Virus record (IMG/VR): IMGVR_UViG_2609459839_000006 | DNA from: a virus | Taxonomy: Duplodnaviria > Heunggongvirae > Uroviricota > Caudoviricetes | DNA: 18,736 bases | Strand: one strand, 5' to 3' | Shown here: positions 10,040 to 18,096 of the stretch, one piece after another | How positions within the stretch are numbered: position 1 is the first letter of the stretch | How the letters are laid out: every line of letters begins with the position of its first letter | Position numbers and translations under genes: made by a program | The notes under the pieces: model-generated | The model's database searches: none | What the model was told of the DNA's origin: nothing | The model's input: only the letters and a program-made list of their open reading frames with translations

Positions 10040-10210
10040 ATGTCAGAACGTAAAAACTCAAAATCACGCCGTAATTATCTCGTTAAATGTTCCTGCCCAA
10101 ACTGCACCCAAGAGTCAGAACACAGTTTTTCAAGAGTACAAAAAGGTGCCCTTTTGATCTGCCCTCATTGCAACAAAGTATTCCAGACAAATCTTAAAGC
10201 TGTAGCCTGA
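10040..10210 (+). CDS. ynfU: small zinc-ribbon protein
   Basis: ORF track 9989-10210; internal ATG at 10040 (MSERKNSKSRRNYLVKCSCPNCTQESEHSFSRVQKGALLICPHCNKVFQTNLKAVA, 56 aa) has AGGAAAA upstream; two CxxC pairs; gene name from memory, uncertain. Confidence 0.5.
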   Translation: MSERKNSKSRRNYLVKCSCPNCTQESEHSFSRVQKGALLICPHCNKVFQTNLKAVA

Positions 10211-10268
10211 TTGATTTTATTAGTAACAAGTATTTTTTATATTTTAATAATATATTTAAAGCAGATAA

Positions 10269-10293
10269 TAAAAAAACCGCCTGAGCGGGTTTG
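10269..10293 (-). terminator. intrinsic terminator downstream of cspB
   Basis: Minus strand reads AAACCCGC-TCAG-GCGG followed by TTTTTTT. Confidence 0.6.
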
Positions 10294-10573
10294 AGATTGT
10301 GGTGCTTTTTGTGGGAGTCATCCACTTACGCACTTTGTTTTGCCATGCCAGCAGTTAGCTTCTGCTGTAAAACTATTCATGCAGCAAACCTGCACTTCAC
10401 CACAATGGTTAGCATACTTTTCCTGATTAAGATTTTGCCAAATATGCTAGCCATTGTTTCATGTATTGGACCTCCTTACTTTTTATTAAAGAGATCCAAT
10501 ATTCACTACTCTGTCCGTATCTCTACTCAGGCATCAGCCTTCTTCGTTATCGTATACAGACGAGCGATGAATT

Positions 10574-10789
10574 TTAATCAGTAATGATGACATTTGCTGC
10601 TGCAGGACCTTTAGCACCACTCTCTATAGAGAAGGTAACCTTTTGACCTTCAAATAAGGTTCGATAATTATCATTCTGAATCGCAGAAAAATGCACAAAC
10701 ACATCTTTACTACCATCAACAGGAGAAATAAAGCCGAAACCTTTATCAGCGTTAAACCATTTTACTAAACCAGTCATTTTATTTGACAT
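10574..10789 (-). CDS. cspB: cold shock protein, CspA family
   Basis: 71-aa [71 protein letters not shown]; ATG at 10787-10789. Confidence 0.95.
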   Translation of the reverse strand: MSNKMTGLVKWFNADKGFGFISPVDGSKDVFVHFSAIQNDNYRTLFEGQKVTFSIESGAKGPAAANVIITD

Positions 10790-11089
10790 TCTACATTCCT
10801 TAACTTGAGCCTTTCGGCATAAATGGTTTGCATAACAGAAACGACTTCGTACTTAATTGGAGAGACTCAAAGAAGGAATAAGTGAATAACACCTGAAATG
10901 AGAACTGCTTTAGTAAACTACTTCGTATATCGTCTGTTCTTCAAACCGACGCAATCATTAACGCATAGTTGAACATATGAAGCAATGTTTATTTTAGACA
11001 TCCAGCCATCTTCAACCCCATCAAAAAACTATAGCTTTCTTCAGGAACGTGTGTATAGTGCGCCAAGTTATCAGTATTAAGGAATTTTT

Positions 11090-11302
11090 TTGTCCCGTAA
11101 AATGACAGGAATTGTCAAAACCTTTGACGGCAAAAGCGGCAAGGGTCTTATCACCCCATCCGATGGTCGTATCGATGTCCAGCTTCATGTTTCAGCGCTC
11201 AATCTCCGCGATGCAGAAGAAATTACCACCGGATTACGCGTGGAATTTTGCCGGATAAATGGTCTGCGTGGCCCTTCAGCTGCCAATGTTTACCTTTCAT
11301 GA
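11090..11302 (+). CDS. cspF: cold shock protein homolog, CspF/CspH type
   Basis: 70-aa [70 protein letters not shown]; ORF-track start is TTG at 11090 (AAGGA at 11079-11083); alternative ATG at 11102. Confidence 0.85.
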
Positions 11303-11594
11303 GCTATATTAAAGCTTTAATTTCAGGCCCCATCGGATCACACATGGAGAGTTTTTATGAATAACCCCGTCTGTCTTGATGACTGGTTGATTGGCTTTAA
11401 AAGCTTATGCTGTACTTTGGCCGTAATAGCTCTGCTAATAATATAATAAGCAGACTCATTGTGTTTAGGGACATTGTACTGGAAGAAAACATTTTAAACA
11501 TCAGGCAAATAACCAAGTCACCAGCTAAATAATAAGTTAACAGACATGAGTCCCGGGATGAGATTCAACATTACCATTGCCCCATTTAAAGCAC

Positions 11595-11618
11595 AAAACC
11601 CGCTCATCAGCGGGTTTT
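11595..11618. terminator. strong hairpin, candidate tR'-like late terminator and/or cspF terminator
   Basis: Perfect 10-bp stem AAAACCCGCT / AGCGGGTTTT with 4-nt loop CATC; T-rich sequence follows on the plus strand. Confidence 0.5.
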
Positions 11619-11724
11619 CTACTTTTTCTTAACGTCGGGTATACAAAGCCCATCGTTGAAAAAATTTTATCCATATTTTTTTGAAAAATGCAAACATCAT
11701 GTCGCCATCTTCAGCAAAAATCAT

Positions 11725-12477
11725 TTATCTCGTCACCTTCCTCAATTGCGCTTCCGCGTATGCTTCTTCCTGCCAGCACTTTGTTACCAGTTTACCAATG
11801 ACGTCCGCATACCCCTTATACCACTGATAATCGGTCAGGTCTGGTACCAGCTTCTGGACATGACGTCGTGCCAGCGTGGTCGGTAAACGACTAAACCGGT
11901 TTCCATTACAACGCCCACAAATCTTATATACCGGTACGCCATGAAACCGGGTTCTTTTTTCATCCAGAACAATCCCTTTACCCTTACACCCTCTGCACGC
12001 TGTGCTGGCTTCGCCCTTACCATGGCAATGCTGACATAGTTCCTTCACCCATTCTTCCTTGATTACAGATTCCCCGCGTCTGTAGTGTTTCACCACTTCG
12101 CGCAATACATTATAAAATCCCGTACCTGAACAATGCTCACAGCGAGCCTTACTTGCCGCAGACCTGGAGTAATCAGCAAAGGCAAAACTCACGAGGTAAG
12201 GAATAATCTGTAACCGGATTTCTTCACTCAATTTGTTCAATGTCGGGTTATCCAGTGCCATCGCGTAATTTAGCAGGCCTTCAATCGCAAACTGAGGGTC
12301 CTGAACACCAACTTTTGCCAGAAATAAGGCCAACCCAAGTGGTGCTTTCGACTGCACCATCCCCTGCGCTGCCATTACATCCGTAATTGTTAAACAACCG
12401 GTGCCTGTCGCTGGAGCGTCATCGCTCAATTTTGGAGATTTTGGGGAGTAATATTTTGGTAAGGCTTCAAGGTTCAT
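11725..12477 (-). CDS. quuQ: late-gene antiterminator Q-like protein
   Basis: ORF track 11725-12507 starts at TTG; ATG at 12475-12477 has GGAGAA upstream and gives about 250 aa; Cys-rich CxxC clusters (CEHCSGTG, CQHCHGKG, CRGCKGKG, CGRCNG) typical of Q antiterminators. Confidence 0.85.
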   Translation of the reverse strand: MNLEALPKYYSPKSPKLSDDAPATGTGCLTITDVMAAQGMVQSKAPLGLALFLAKVGVQDPQFAIEGLLNYAMALDNPTLNKLSEEIRLQIIPYLVSFAFADYSRSAASKARCEHCSGTGFYNVLREVVKHYRRGESVIKEEWVKELCQHCHGKGEASTACRGCKGKGIVLDEKRTRFHGVPVYKICGRCNGNRFSRLPTTLARRHVQKLVPDLTDYQWYKGYADVIGKLVTKCWQEEAYAEAQLRKVTR

Positions 12478-12490
12478 GCTCGTTCTCCAC

Positions 12491-13402
12491 TTACGCCAGT
12501 ACGCCAATTGCCAGCGCGCGATCGATAAAACGAAATATCAGCTCCAGTTGGGAGCCATACTTATCTTCAAATGCCACTGTATCCGTATGCAGCTCGTTGT
12601 GATGCTTTCTGCACAAAGGCAACACAAAGAGATCATGTGCTTTTGTTCCCATTCCGCCCTGCCCGTGACCAATCAGATGATGCGGATCGTCGGCTGGCAT
12701 ACCGCAGCAAGCACACGGCTGTGTCTTAACCCAACGTGTGTATTTCTCCTTAACCCAGCGGCGACGTTTAGGCAGCTTCATGAAAGATTCCGGAGACTCT
12801 GGATCAACGGTGATGCTTACCACCGTCTTTTCCTGTGGTGATTTTTGTTGCTGGTGGGCGTAAGGCAACGGTGCAAGATTTTTTGTGCGTTGTTTCAATA
12901 TGCTGGTGGCGGTCTGCTCTCCCGGTACGATGTCGCTTTCGCGGTACACCGAGCAGATTTTTTCCGCTGGTAATCCCAGCGAACGACGCGATACAGCCTC
13001 AGGTAGTGCATCCACCACCTGATTGCAGACCGCCCACCAGGATAATTCAGCCAAAGATAATTCCCGCTCCTGCGTACCGCTTATTGCGTGACGGATGACG
13101 TCAATCACCCATGCTGTCAGATTTTGTTGAGCAAGCAGCTCCAGTGATTCCGATGTCTGGTCACGCAGTTGGTTGTCGCAGTGCCAGCACAACACCATTG
13201 CGCCGGTACCATAGTCGAGACTGAGAGCTTTCTTAACCTCGAACCCGCGCCTGCGGTAAGAATGAATCAGCCATTCGGCCTGTTCTGCAGTGCATGGAGG
13301 GTGCTGGAACCATTCAGACTTGAATGCGTGAGAATACCGCCCGTGCGTGCAGGCAAGAACGGGCGAATTATCAGAATTGTAATATTTTGCGTTGCGTGCC
13401 AT
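12491..13402 (-). CDS. ydfU: DUF968-like protein with C-terminal Cys/His-rich HNH-like motif
   Basis: 303-aa ORF; ATG at 13400-13402 with GGAGAA upstream; C-terminal CACCGMPADDPHHLIGHGQGG...LCRKHHNELH. Confidence 0.8.
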   Translation of the reverse strand: MARNAKYYNSDNSPVLACTHGRYSHAFKSEWFQHPPCTAEQAEWLIHSYRRRGFEVKKALSLDYGTGAMVLCWHCDNQLRDQTSESLELLAQQNLTAWVIDVIRHAISGTQERELSLAELSWWAVCNQVVDALPEAVSRRSLGLPAEKICSVYRESDIVPGEQTATSILKQRTKNLAPLPYAHQQQKSPQEKTVVSITVDPESPESFMKLPKRRRWVKEKYTRWVKTQPCACCGMPADDPHHLIGHGQGGMGTKAHDLFVLPLCRKHHNELHTDTVAFEDKYGSQLELIFRFIDRALAIGVLA

Positions 13403-13468
13403 CGGTTTTCTCCGGTGGCACGGTGTTACTCAGCGGGAGTTCAGCCCCGCGCAAGATTGTAGATGAGT

Positions 13469-13720
13469 TTATTCTCCTGAAAAAGCAGAAAAGCCAGCTT
13501 TTATTCCGATCTCTTTCAATGCCTGTAATGAAGTGACAAACTCACCTTCGCGCAAGATAAATCCGTCCGTGACCCGAGCATCCACAAAATTAATTAACGC
13601 AGCCCCATTCTTTCGCAAACACATAATGCGGTAATGACTAACAAGATTTCCATTTTCAACGCACACAGCATAGAGGCCATCTTCACAAAAAATTTTACGC
13701 AGTTCTTCGATGTTCATCAT
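13469..13720 (-). CDS. rem: hypothetical prophage protein Rem
   Basis: 83-aa MMNIEELRKIFCEDGLYAVCVENGNLVSHYRIM...; tandem ATG ATG at 13715-13720 with GGAAGGA upstream. Confidence 0.75.
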   Translation of the reverse strand: MMNIEELRKIFCEDGLYAVCVENGNLVSHYRIMCLRKNGAALINFVDARVTDGFILREGEFVTSLQALKEIGIKAGFSAFSGE

Positions 13721-13850
13721 CAGAATCCTTCCGGATAATTAGCTCTCCCCTTTAAGGGACCATCCCTCTTATCCCTGCGCGCTACTTAAGTATTTTTGAT
13801 TCTATTCCGGCACCGTCCAGAACTTCAAACGCGTTGAAAATAAAAACAAA

Positions 13851-13868
13851 AACCCGCCGAAGCGGGTT
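13851..13868 (-). terminator. intrinsic terminator of the relB-relE-hokD operon
   Basis: Minus strand reads AACCCGC-TTCG-GCGGGTT followed by TTTTGTTTTTATTTT. Confidence 0.7.
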
Positions 13869-13936
13869 AAGTGCGGGTGCGTTGAGGATGCCTGCCACAT
13901 CAGAGGTGGCGAGGGATTTCTCCCCCGCCGGGTCTC

Positions 13937-14092
13937 TTACTCCTCAGGTTCGTAAGCTGTGAAGACAGCGACCTCCGTCTGGCCGGTTCGGATTCGTACC
14001 TCGCAGAGGTCTTTCCTCGTTACCAGTGCCGTCACTATGACGGTTAAACAGATGACGATCAGGGCGATTAACATCGCCTTTTGCTGCTTCAT
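13937..14092 (-). CDS. hokD: Hok-family small membrane toxin (RelF)
   Basis: Not in ORF track; hand translation gives MKQQKAMLIALIVICLTVIVTALVTRKDLCEVRIRTGQTEVAVFTAYEPEE (51 aa); ATG at 14090-14092. Confidence 0.85.
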   Translation of the reverse strand: MKQQKAMLIALIVICLTVIVTALVTRKDLCEVRIRTGQTEVAVFTAYEPEE

Positions 14093-14163
14093 AGCCTGCT
14101 TCTCCTGTCAACGCAAAGCAGAAGTGTCACCTTCGGTGCGAAACAGAGATGTCATGCTTTGGT

Positions 14164-14451
14164 TCAGAGAATGCGTTTGACCGCCTCGCTATATACTTCC
14201 GAGCGTTCTCTTTTCCCAACAGAAATCACGAAAACGACAACTTTCTCGTCTATAACCTGGTATACAAGGCGATAGCCTGAAGACCGGAGCTTAATCTTGT
14301 AACAATCAGGCATACCACGGAGCTTGTTTGCTTCAATCCGGGGTGACTCAAGTACTTCAACCAGCTTCTTTTTCAACTGTTCACGTACCGTCGAGCCCAG
14401 CTTTCGCCATTCCTTTAGTGCCCGCTCGTCAAAATCCAGAAAATACGCCAT
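14164..14451 (-). CDS. relE: RelE mRNA interferase toxin
   Basis: 95-aa MAYFLDFDERALKEWRKLGSTVREQLKKKL...; start overlaps relB stop (ATGA). Confidence 0.95.
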   Translation of the reverse strand: MAYFLDFDERALKEWRKLGSTVREQLKKKLVEVLESPRIEANKLRGMPDCYKIKLRSSGYRLVYQVIDEKVVVFVISVGKRERSEVYSEAVKRIL

Positions 14452-14690
14452 CAGAGTTCATCCAGCGTCACACGTACTGGCTTAGGATTACGAAGCCGTT
14501 CTTTCACTATCTCCACAAGTTCAGCATCTTCATCACTCAGGAGTGTCTGTTTGAACGGCAAGCGTTCATTGTCAGCGATATACTCGAGCATGAGACGAAG
14601 CGCTTCAGAAGGAGTTACACCCATTTTTTCAAGCGCGGCGTAAGAACGCGCTTTAAGTTCATCGTCAATACGCAGGTTAATGCTACCCAT
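14451..14690 (-). CDS. relB: RelB antitoxin
   Basis: 79-aa MGSINLRIDDELKARSYAALEKMGVTPSEALRLMLEYIADNERLPFKQTLL...; ATG at 14688-14690 with AGAGGTG upstream. Confidence 0.95.
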   Translation of the reverse strand: MGSINLRIDDELKARSYAALEKMGVTPSEALRLMLEYIADNERLPFKQTLLSDEDAELVEIVKERLRNPKPVRVTLDEL

Positions 14691-14694
14691 GTCT

Positions 14695-14730
14695 TACACC
14701 TCTTGTAATTACAAATGTCATTACAAGTAT
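14695..14730 (-). promoter_or_regulatory. relO operator / relBE promoter region
   Basis: Repeated TTGTAAT/ATTACAA hexads immediately upstream of relB: TTGTAATTACAA at 14703-14714 and TGTCATTACAAG nearby. Confidence 0.7.
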
Positions 14731-15020
14731 CGCACTACAACATGCTTAGGGCAAGTCACGAAGGAAGTCAGAAAGTAGTCGTAAGAACGGTGATCACTGT
14801 CCGCTTTGTGCCAGGAGCAGCCATTGCTAAGTCCATCCTGTATTGTGCAGGTCAGCTCGTTTTTAAAGAGTCCGGCCATCATCTTACTGGTACAGACACC
14901 ATATACTTTGTGACGGTCAGGCTACATATGCACAACTCAACTTATTCATCTATTTTTTGCTTTAGCATGTCAGTGTTGCTTTCTCGTCGGCGGGTGAGCG
15001 GTGACCTGACCTGTCGATAA
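14715..15020 (+). CDS. doubtful 101-aa ORF divergent from relB (possibly the annotated ydfV)
   Basis: ATG at 14715 lies inside the relO operator; no obvious SD; composition not convincingly coding. Confidence 0.2.
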   Translation: MSLQVSHYNMLRASHEGSQKVVVRTVITVRFVPGAAIAKSILYCAGQLVFKESGHHLTGTDTIYFVTVRLHMHNSTYSSIFCFSMSVLLSRRRVSGDLTCR

Positions 15021-15172
15021 AGGAACGTAACACGTTTTATGCAACACCCGCATGCGGCAGAAAATTATTGCCGAACGTTTACCCCTGTCAACAAGCTTTA
15101 CTTTCTGAGGCGCGCCAGCCCGCGAGGAAAACAATCTGAACATCAAACAATTAATGACACAAGAAATACGAT

Positions 15173-15199
15173 TAAAGATTTTTTTGTGCATGCCGATAG
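15173..15199 (+). promoter_or_regulatory. sigma-28 (FliA) class promoter of flxA
   Basis: TAAAGATT (15173-15180), 11-nt spacer, GCCGATAG (15192-15199), against consensus TAAAGTTT-N11-GCCGATAA; AGGAG at 15212-15216. Confidence 0.75.
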
Positions 15200-15222
15200 T
15201 GCTTTTTTAAAAGGAGAAATCT

Positions 15223-15555
15223 ATGTCTGTCACAATTCAGGGAAATACCTCAACCGTTATTTCAAACAACTCCGCCCCGGAAGGAACATCAGAAATAGCC
15301 AAAATCACAAGACAAATTCAGGTGCTGACTGAAAAGCTTGGGAAAATCTCATCGGAAGAGGGGATGACGACACAGCAGAAAAAAGAAATGGCTGCATTGG
15401 TACAGAAGCAAATTGAAAGCCTCTGGGCTCAACTGGAGCAGTTGTTAAGGCAGCAGGCAGAGAAAAAGAATGAAGACGCGACAGTTCAGCCTGATAAAAA
15501 AGAAGAGAAAAAAGACGATACAAATACCGCTGGCACCATTGATATTTACGTCTAA
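15223..15555 (+). CDS. flxA: FliA-regulated protein FlxA
   Basis: 110-aa MSVTIQGNTSTVISNNSAPEGTSEIAKITRQIQVLTEKLGKISSEEG...; ATG at 15223. Confidence 0.9.
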   Translation: MSVTIQGNTSTVISNNSAPEGTSEIAKITRQIQVLTEKLGKISSEEGMTTQQKKEMAALVQKQIESLWAQLEQLLRQQAEKKNEDATVQPDKKEEKKDDTNTAGTIDIYV

Positions 15556-15569
15556 GTGACAGCCGTATT

Positions 15570-15596
15570 GTGGCCCTCATCGGGCCACTTTTCGCC
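15570..15596 (+). terminator. intrinsic terminator of flxA
   Basis: GTGGCCC-TCATC-GGGCCAC followed by TTTTCG. Confidence 0.65.
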
Positions 15597-15991
15597 ATCA
15601 GCCTTTTCTTTAAAGACATATTATCTTTGTATCATTTCTGATAGTTAACATTACAAGATATAAGTAATGGACGCACTCCCAATTAGTCTATTTAAATCGC
15701 CACGAGTTTAACTGACAACCCATGATCAATTATGAATTGCAACTATTTCTGTAGTCACTTTTGTGGGGACAGTCCACAAAACTGCCAACTTCCGCTTCTT
15801 GCTCTTAGCGGACATTAGCATAGGCTATTTACCATAACGCCTCATTACGCGCACCGCCCAGACTGACTCAGCGCGTTTCTGGCATATCCCCGGTAAAACA
15901 AGTAACAAACCACCCGAAAATGAACACCAGAAACGCGACTTAAGAATCTACCCTATGAATGGATATGCACTCAACCGAATCGATCTTGGTT

Positions 15992-16810
15992 TCAATCTTT
16001 TTTATCGGGATCAGGCTTCTTTTTAGGTAACTTCGGGGGCTTAACTTGCTGATGACTTTGCGTTCGGCGCGTAAGCCAGGGATGGTCAGCTTTAGGTTTA
16101 ACATAGTATTTTGAGCGTAAATCAATACGGGCATTATCCACTCGTTCATGGACACTCTTTTCATCATCCAGTGGTATAGGCTCCGGGCCATCAACATACT
16201 TTTCCCAGCCCAGCGCTTTCCCGTCATACAGAACGTTAATTTCACCGTCAAAGTTCTCGCATACAGTAACAACCGAATGCCTAAGTCGATATCCCCGGCC
16301 CTCACTGCGTACCTGAAACGCACTGCTTTTGTACTGGAAAGTGAGATTTTTAGACAGAACGCGCTTCGCCTGTAGGCTGAAGATATAACCCAGTTCCTCT
16401 TCAGAATGGTGCACATCAAGATGAGCATTATCAGTAGTACGAGGCGACGTAGCGAACCGGTTGTTATAGGCTTCAATAAAGGTCGGCAACCATGCATTTG
16501 CTGTTTCAATATCACTGATATTCTGAAGCCGCATTTCTTTGACCAGCCTGTCCTGTAGTGTCTGATTGGCGCGCTCTACCCGCCCTTTTGCCTGCGGGCT
16601 GTTGGCATGGATTGGCTCGATGCCCAGTGTCTTTATCGCACGAGTGAACTGGGTCAGCTCACCTTCCCGCTCTGGGTTATTTACCCTGAATATACTGTGT
16701 CTATCAGAGTAGAGAGCGAGCGGTACGCCATGATCATTAAGGTAACCCCGGAGGGTTTCCATGTAAGCCCGGGTTGCCACAGCACATATCAAGAATGGTT
16801 GCCGGTGCAC
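15992..16810 (-). pseudogene. DDE (rve/integrase-core) transposase catalytic fragment, OrfB-like, interrupted
   Basis: 272-aa ORF with ..LALYSDRHS.. and ..SPQAKGRVERANQTLQD..; GTG at 16808-16810 is immediately preceded by in-frame TGA (16811-16813); same frame is open upstream to about 17089; possibly the K-12 intK remnant (from memory). Confidence 0.6.
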
Positions 16811-16977
16811 TCACTGCGCCACGTCCTGAAAATTACCCTGATAGAAAGCCAGTATGCGCTGCATAACTTCGCTCTTCCGGCACTCGCGACAGATTATGTT
16901 TAGGCGACTGTCGTAGCGACGTATTTCTCCGTCAGGTGATGACCAGATAAGGTCCGGATCAACCACAGCAGGTTTCT

Positions 16978-17331
16978 TCACCTTTGCCCTCGAGAGTTTT
17001 TTGCGGGCGTTTTGCCAGTCCTTACGCGCCTGTTCAGAGGGGAATAACCCGTAGCCTCCATAATTGCAGGCACTAGCGCCGTGAACTTTTCACGCTTATC
17101 CCTGGTGTCGATAGCCTTCCAGCGTTCAAATATCTTCACTCGATTAACGCCAAGCGCTCGCTGATCAATCGCGCCACCTTCATATGTGACACGCTGAACA
17201 TCGATGTTCGGGCGCTCTTTCAAAGCCCAGAATGCTTCAGTGATTAATATCGTCGCCTGCTCCTGTGTCATTCCTGGTCGACATATCCAGGCATCCAGAG
17301 CCTCACGAGCCTGTTCAGGAGTGATTTTCAT
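16978..17331 (-). CDS. OrfA-like upstream ORF of the IS-like element (117 aa)
   Basis: ATG at 17329-17331, overlaps dicC 3' end by 17 nt; ends TGA 16978-16980, 18 nt after heptamer A_AAA_AAC (minus strand, 16996-17002). Confidence 0.4.
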   Translation of the reverse strand: MKITPEQAREALDAWICRPGMTQEQATILITEAFWALKERPNIDVQRVTYEGGAIDQRALGVNRVKIFERWKAIDTRDKREKFTALVPAIMEATGYSPLNRRVRTGKTPAKNSRGQR

Positions 17332-17545
17332 TGTTCAACCGCCCCGCCCGCTTCGTCTTACGATATTCATCATAAACTTTGGGATCATACTGAAGCTCCC
17401 CGCCAGATGCCTCCTGTAGACGCATCGCGCGACCTTCGGGAACTAAATCCCCTTTCCAGCTATAAAGCGAAGCCAAACGAATACCTGCTGCTTGTGCAAG
17501 TTTTGTTTTTGAACCGAAATACAAAAGAGCGTCAGTTTTAAGCAT
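17315..17545 (-). CDS. dicC: Cro-like repressor DicC
   Basis: 76-aa MLKTDALLYFGSKTKLAQAAGIRLASLYSWKGDLVPEGRAMRLQEASGG...; ATG at 17543-17545. Confidence 0.9.
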   Translation of the reverse strand: MLKTDALLYFGSKTKLAQAAGIRLASLYSWKGDLVPEGRAMRLQEASGGELQYDPKVYDEYRKTKRAGRLNNENHS

Positions 17546-17559
17546 TTAAAACACCTTTA

Positions 17560-17579
17560 TTGTTAGTCATAACTAACAA
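17560..17579. promoter_or_regulatory. operator palindrome between divergent dicC and dicA
   Basis: TTGTTAGT-CATA-ACTAACAA, perfect 8-bp inverted arms. Confidence 0.7.
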
Positions 17580-17628
17580 GATAGATGTTAACAAAAACAT
17601 AGTCAATACGATTTAGCATTAGCTAACT

Positions 17629-18036
17629 ATGGAAACAAAAAATTTAACTATCGGCGAACGCATCAGGTATCGTCGGAAAAACCTCAAACACACCCAAAGG
17701 TCTCTTGCTAAAGCCCTGAAAATCTCCCATGTGTCTGTATCACAATGGGAACGGGGTGATAGTGAACCTACAGGGAAGAACCTTTTTGCCCTCAGCAAAG
17801 TATTGCAATGCTCACCAACATGGATTCTATTTGGCGATGAAGACAAGCAACCAACACCACCTGTTGAGAAGCCAGTTGCCTTATCCCCCAAAGAACTAGA
17901 GCTCCTTGAGCTGTTTAATGCACTGCCAGAATCAGAACAGGATACCCAGCTCGCCGAAATGCGAGCTCGAGTAAAAAACTTCAATAAACTCTTTGAAGAA
18001 TTACTAAAAGCCCGTCAGCGGACAAATAAAAGATAA
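17629..18036 (+). CDS. dicA: HTH-XRE repressor DicA (CI/C2-like)
   Basis: 135-aa METKNLTIGERIRYRRKNLKHTQRSLAKALKISHVSVSQWERGDSEPTGKNLFALSKVLQCSPTWILFG...; ATG at 17629. Confidence 0.95.
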   Translation: METKNLTIGERIRYRRKNLKHTQRSLAKALKISHVSVSQWERGDSEPTGKNLFALSKVLQCSPTWILFGDEDKQPTPPVEKPVALSPKELELLELFNALPESEQDTQLAEMRARVKNFNKLFEELLKARQRTNKR

Positions 18037-18096
18037 CATCATCAATGAGTTATCTTTTACCACATCAATTATGTTAGCTATAGCATACAAAATCAC

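Noticed and set aside
10291-10584. 97-aa plus-strand ORF between the cspB terminator and cspB
   Set aside because: Starts inside the terminator hairpin, no SD, overlaps the cspB 3' end on the opposite strand.
11656-13536. Short ORFs in alternative frames over quuQ, ydfU and rem (11656-11886, 11835-12023, 12387-12602, 12476-12841, 12835-13098, 13169-13462, 13324-13536)
   Set aside because: Shadow frames of longer genes with good starts and recognisable motifs.
15759-15781. Palindrome TTTTGTGG-GGACAGT-CCACAAAA in the non-coding stretch between flxA and the IS-like remnant
   Set aside because: Short arms (8 bp) in a non-coding region; cannot be assigned as a transposon end, operator or terminator without more evidence.
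15940-16903. ORFs 15940-16515 (minus), 16148-16375 and 16607-16903 (plus) within the IS-like remnant
   Set aside because: Alternative frames of the rve-domain region; no independent support.
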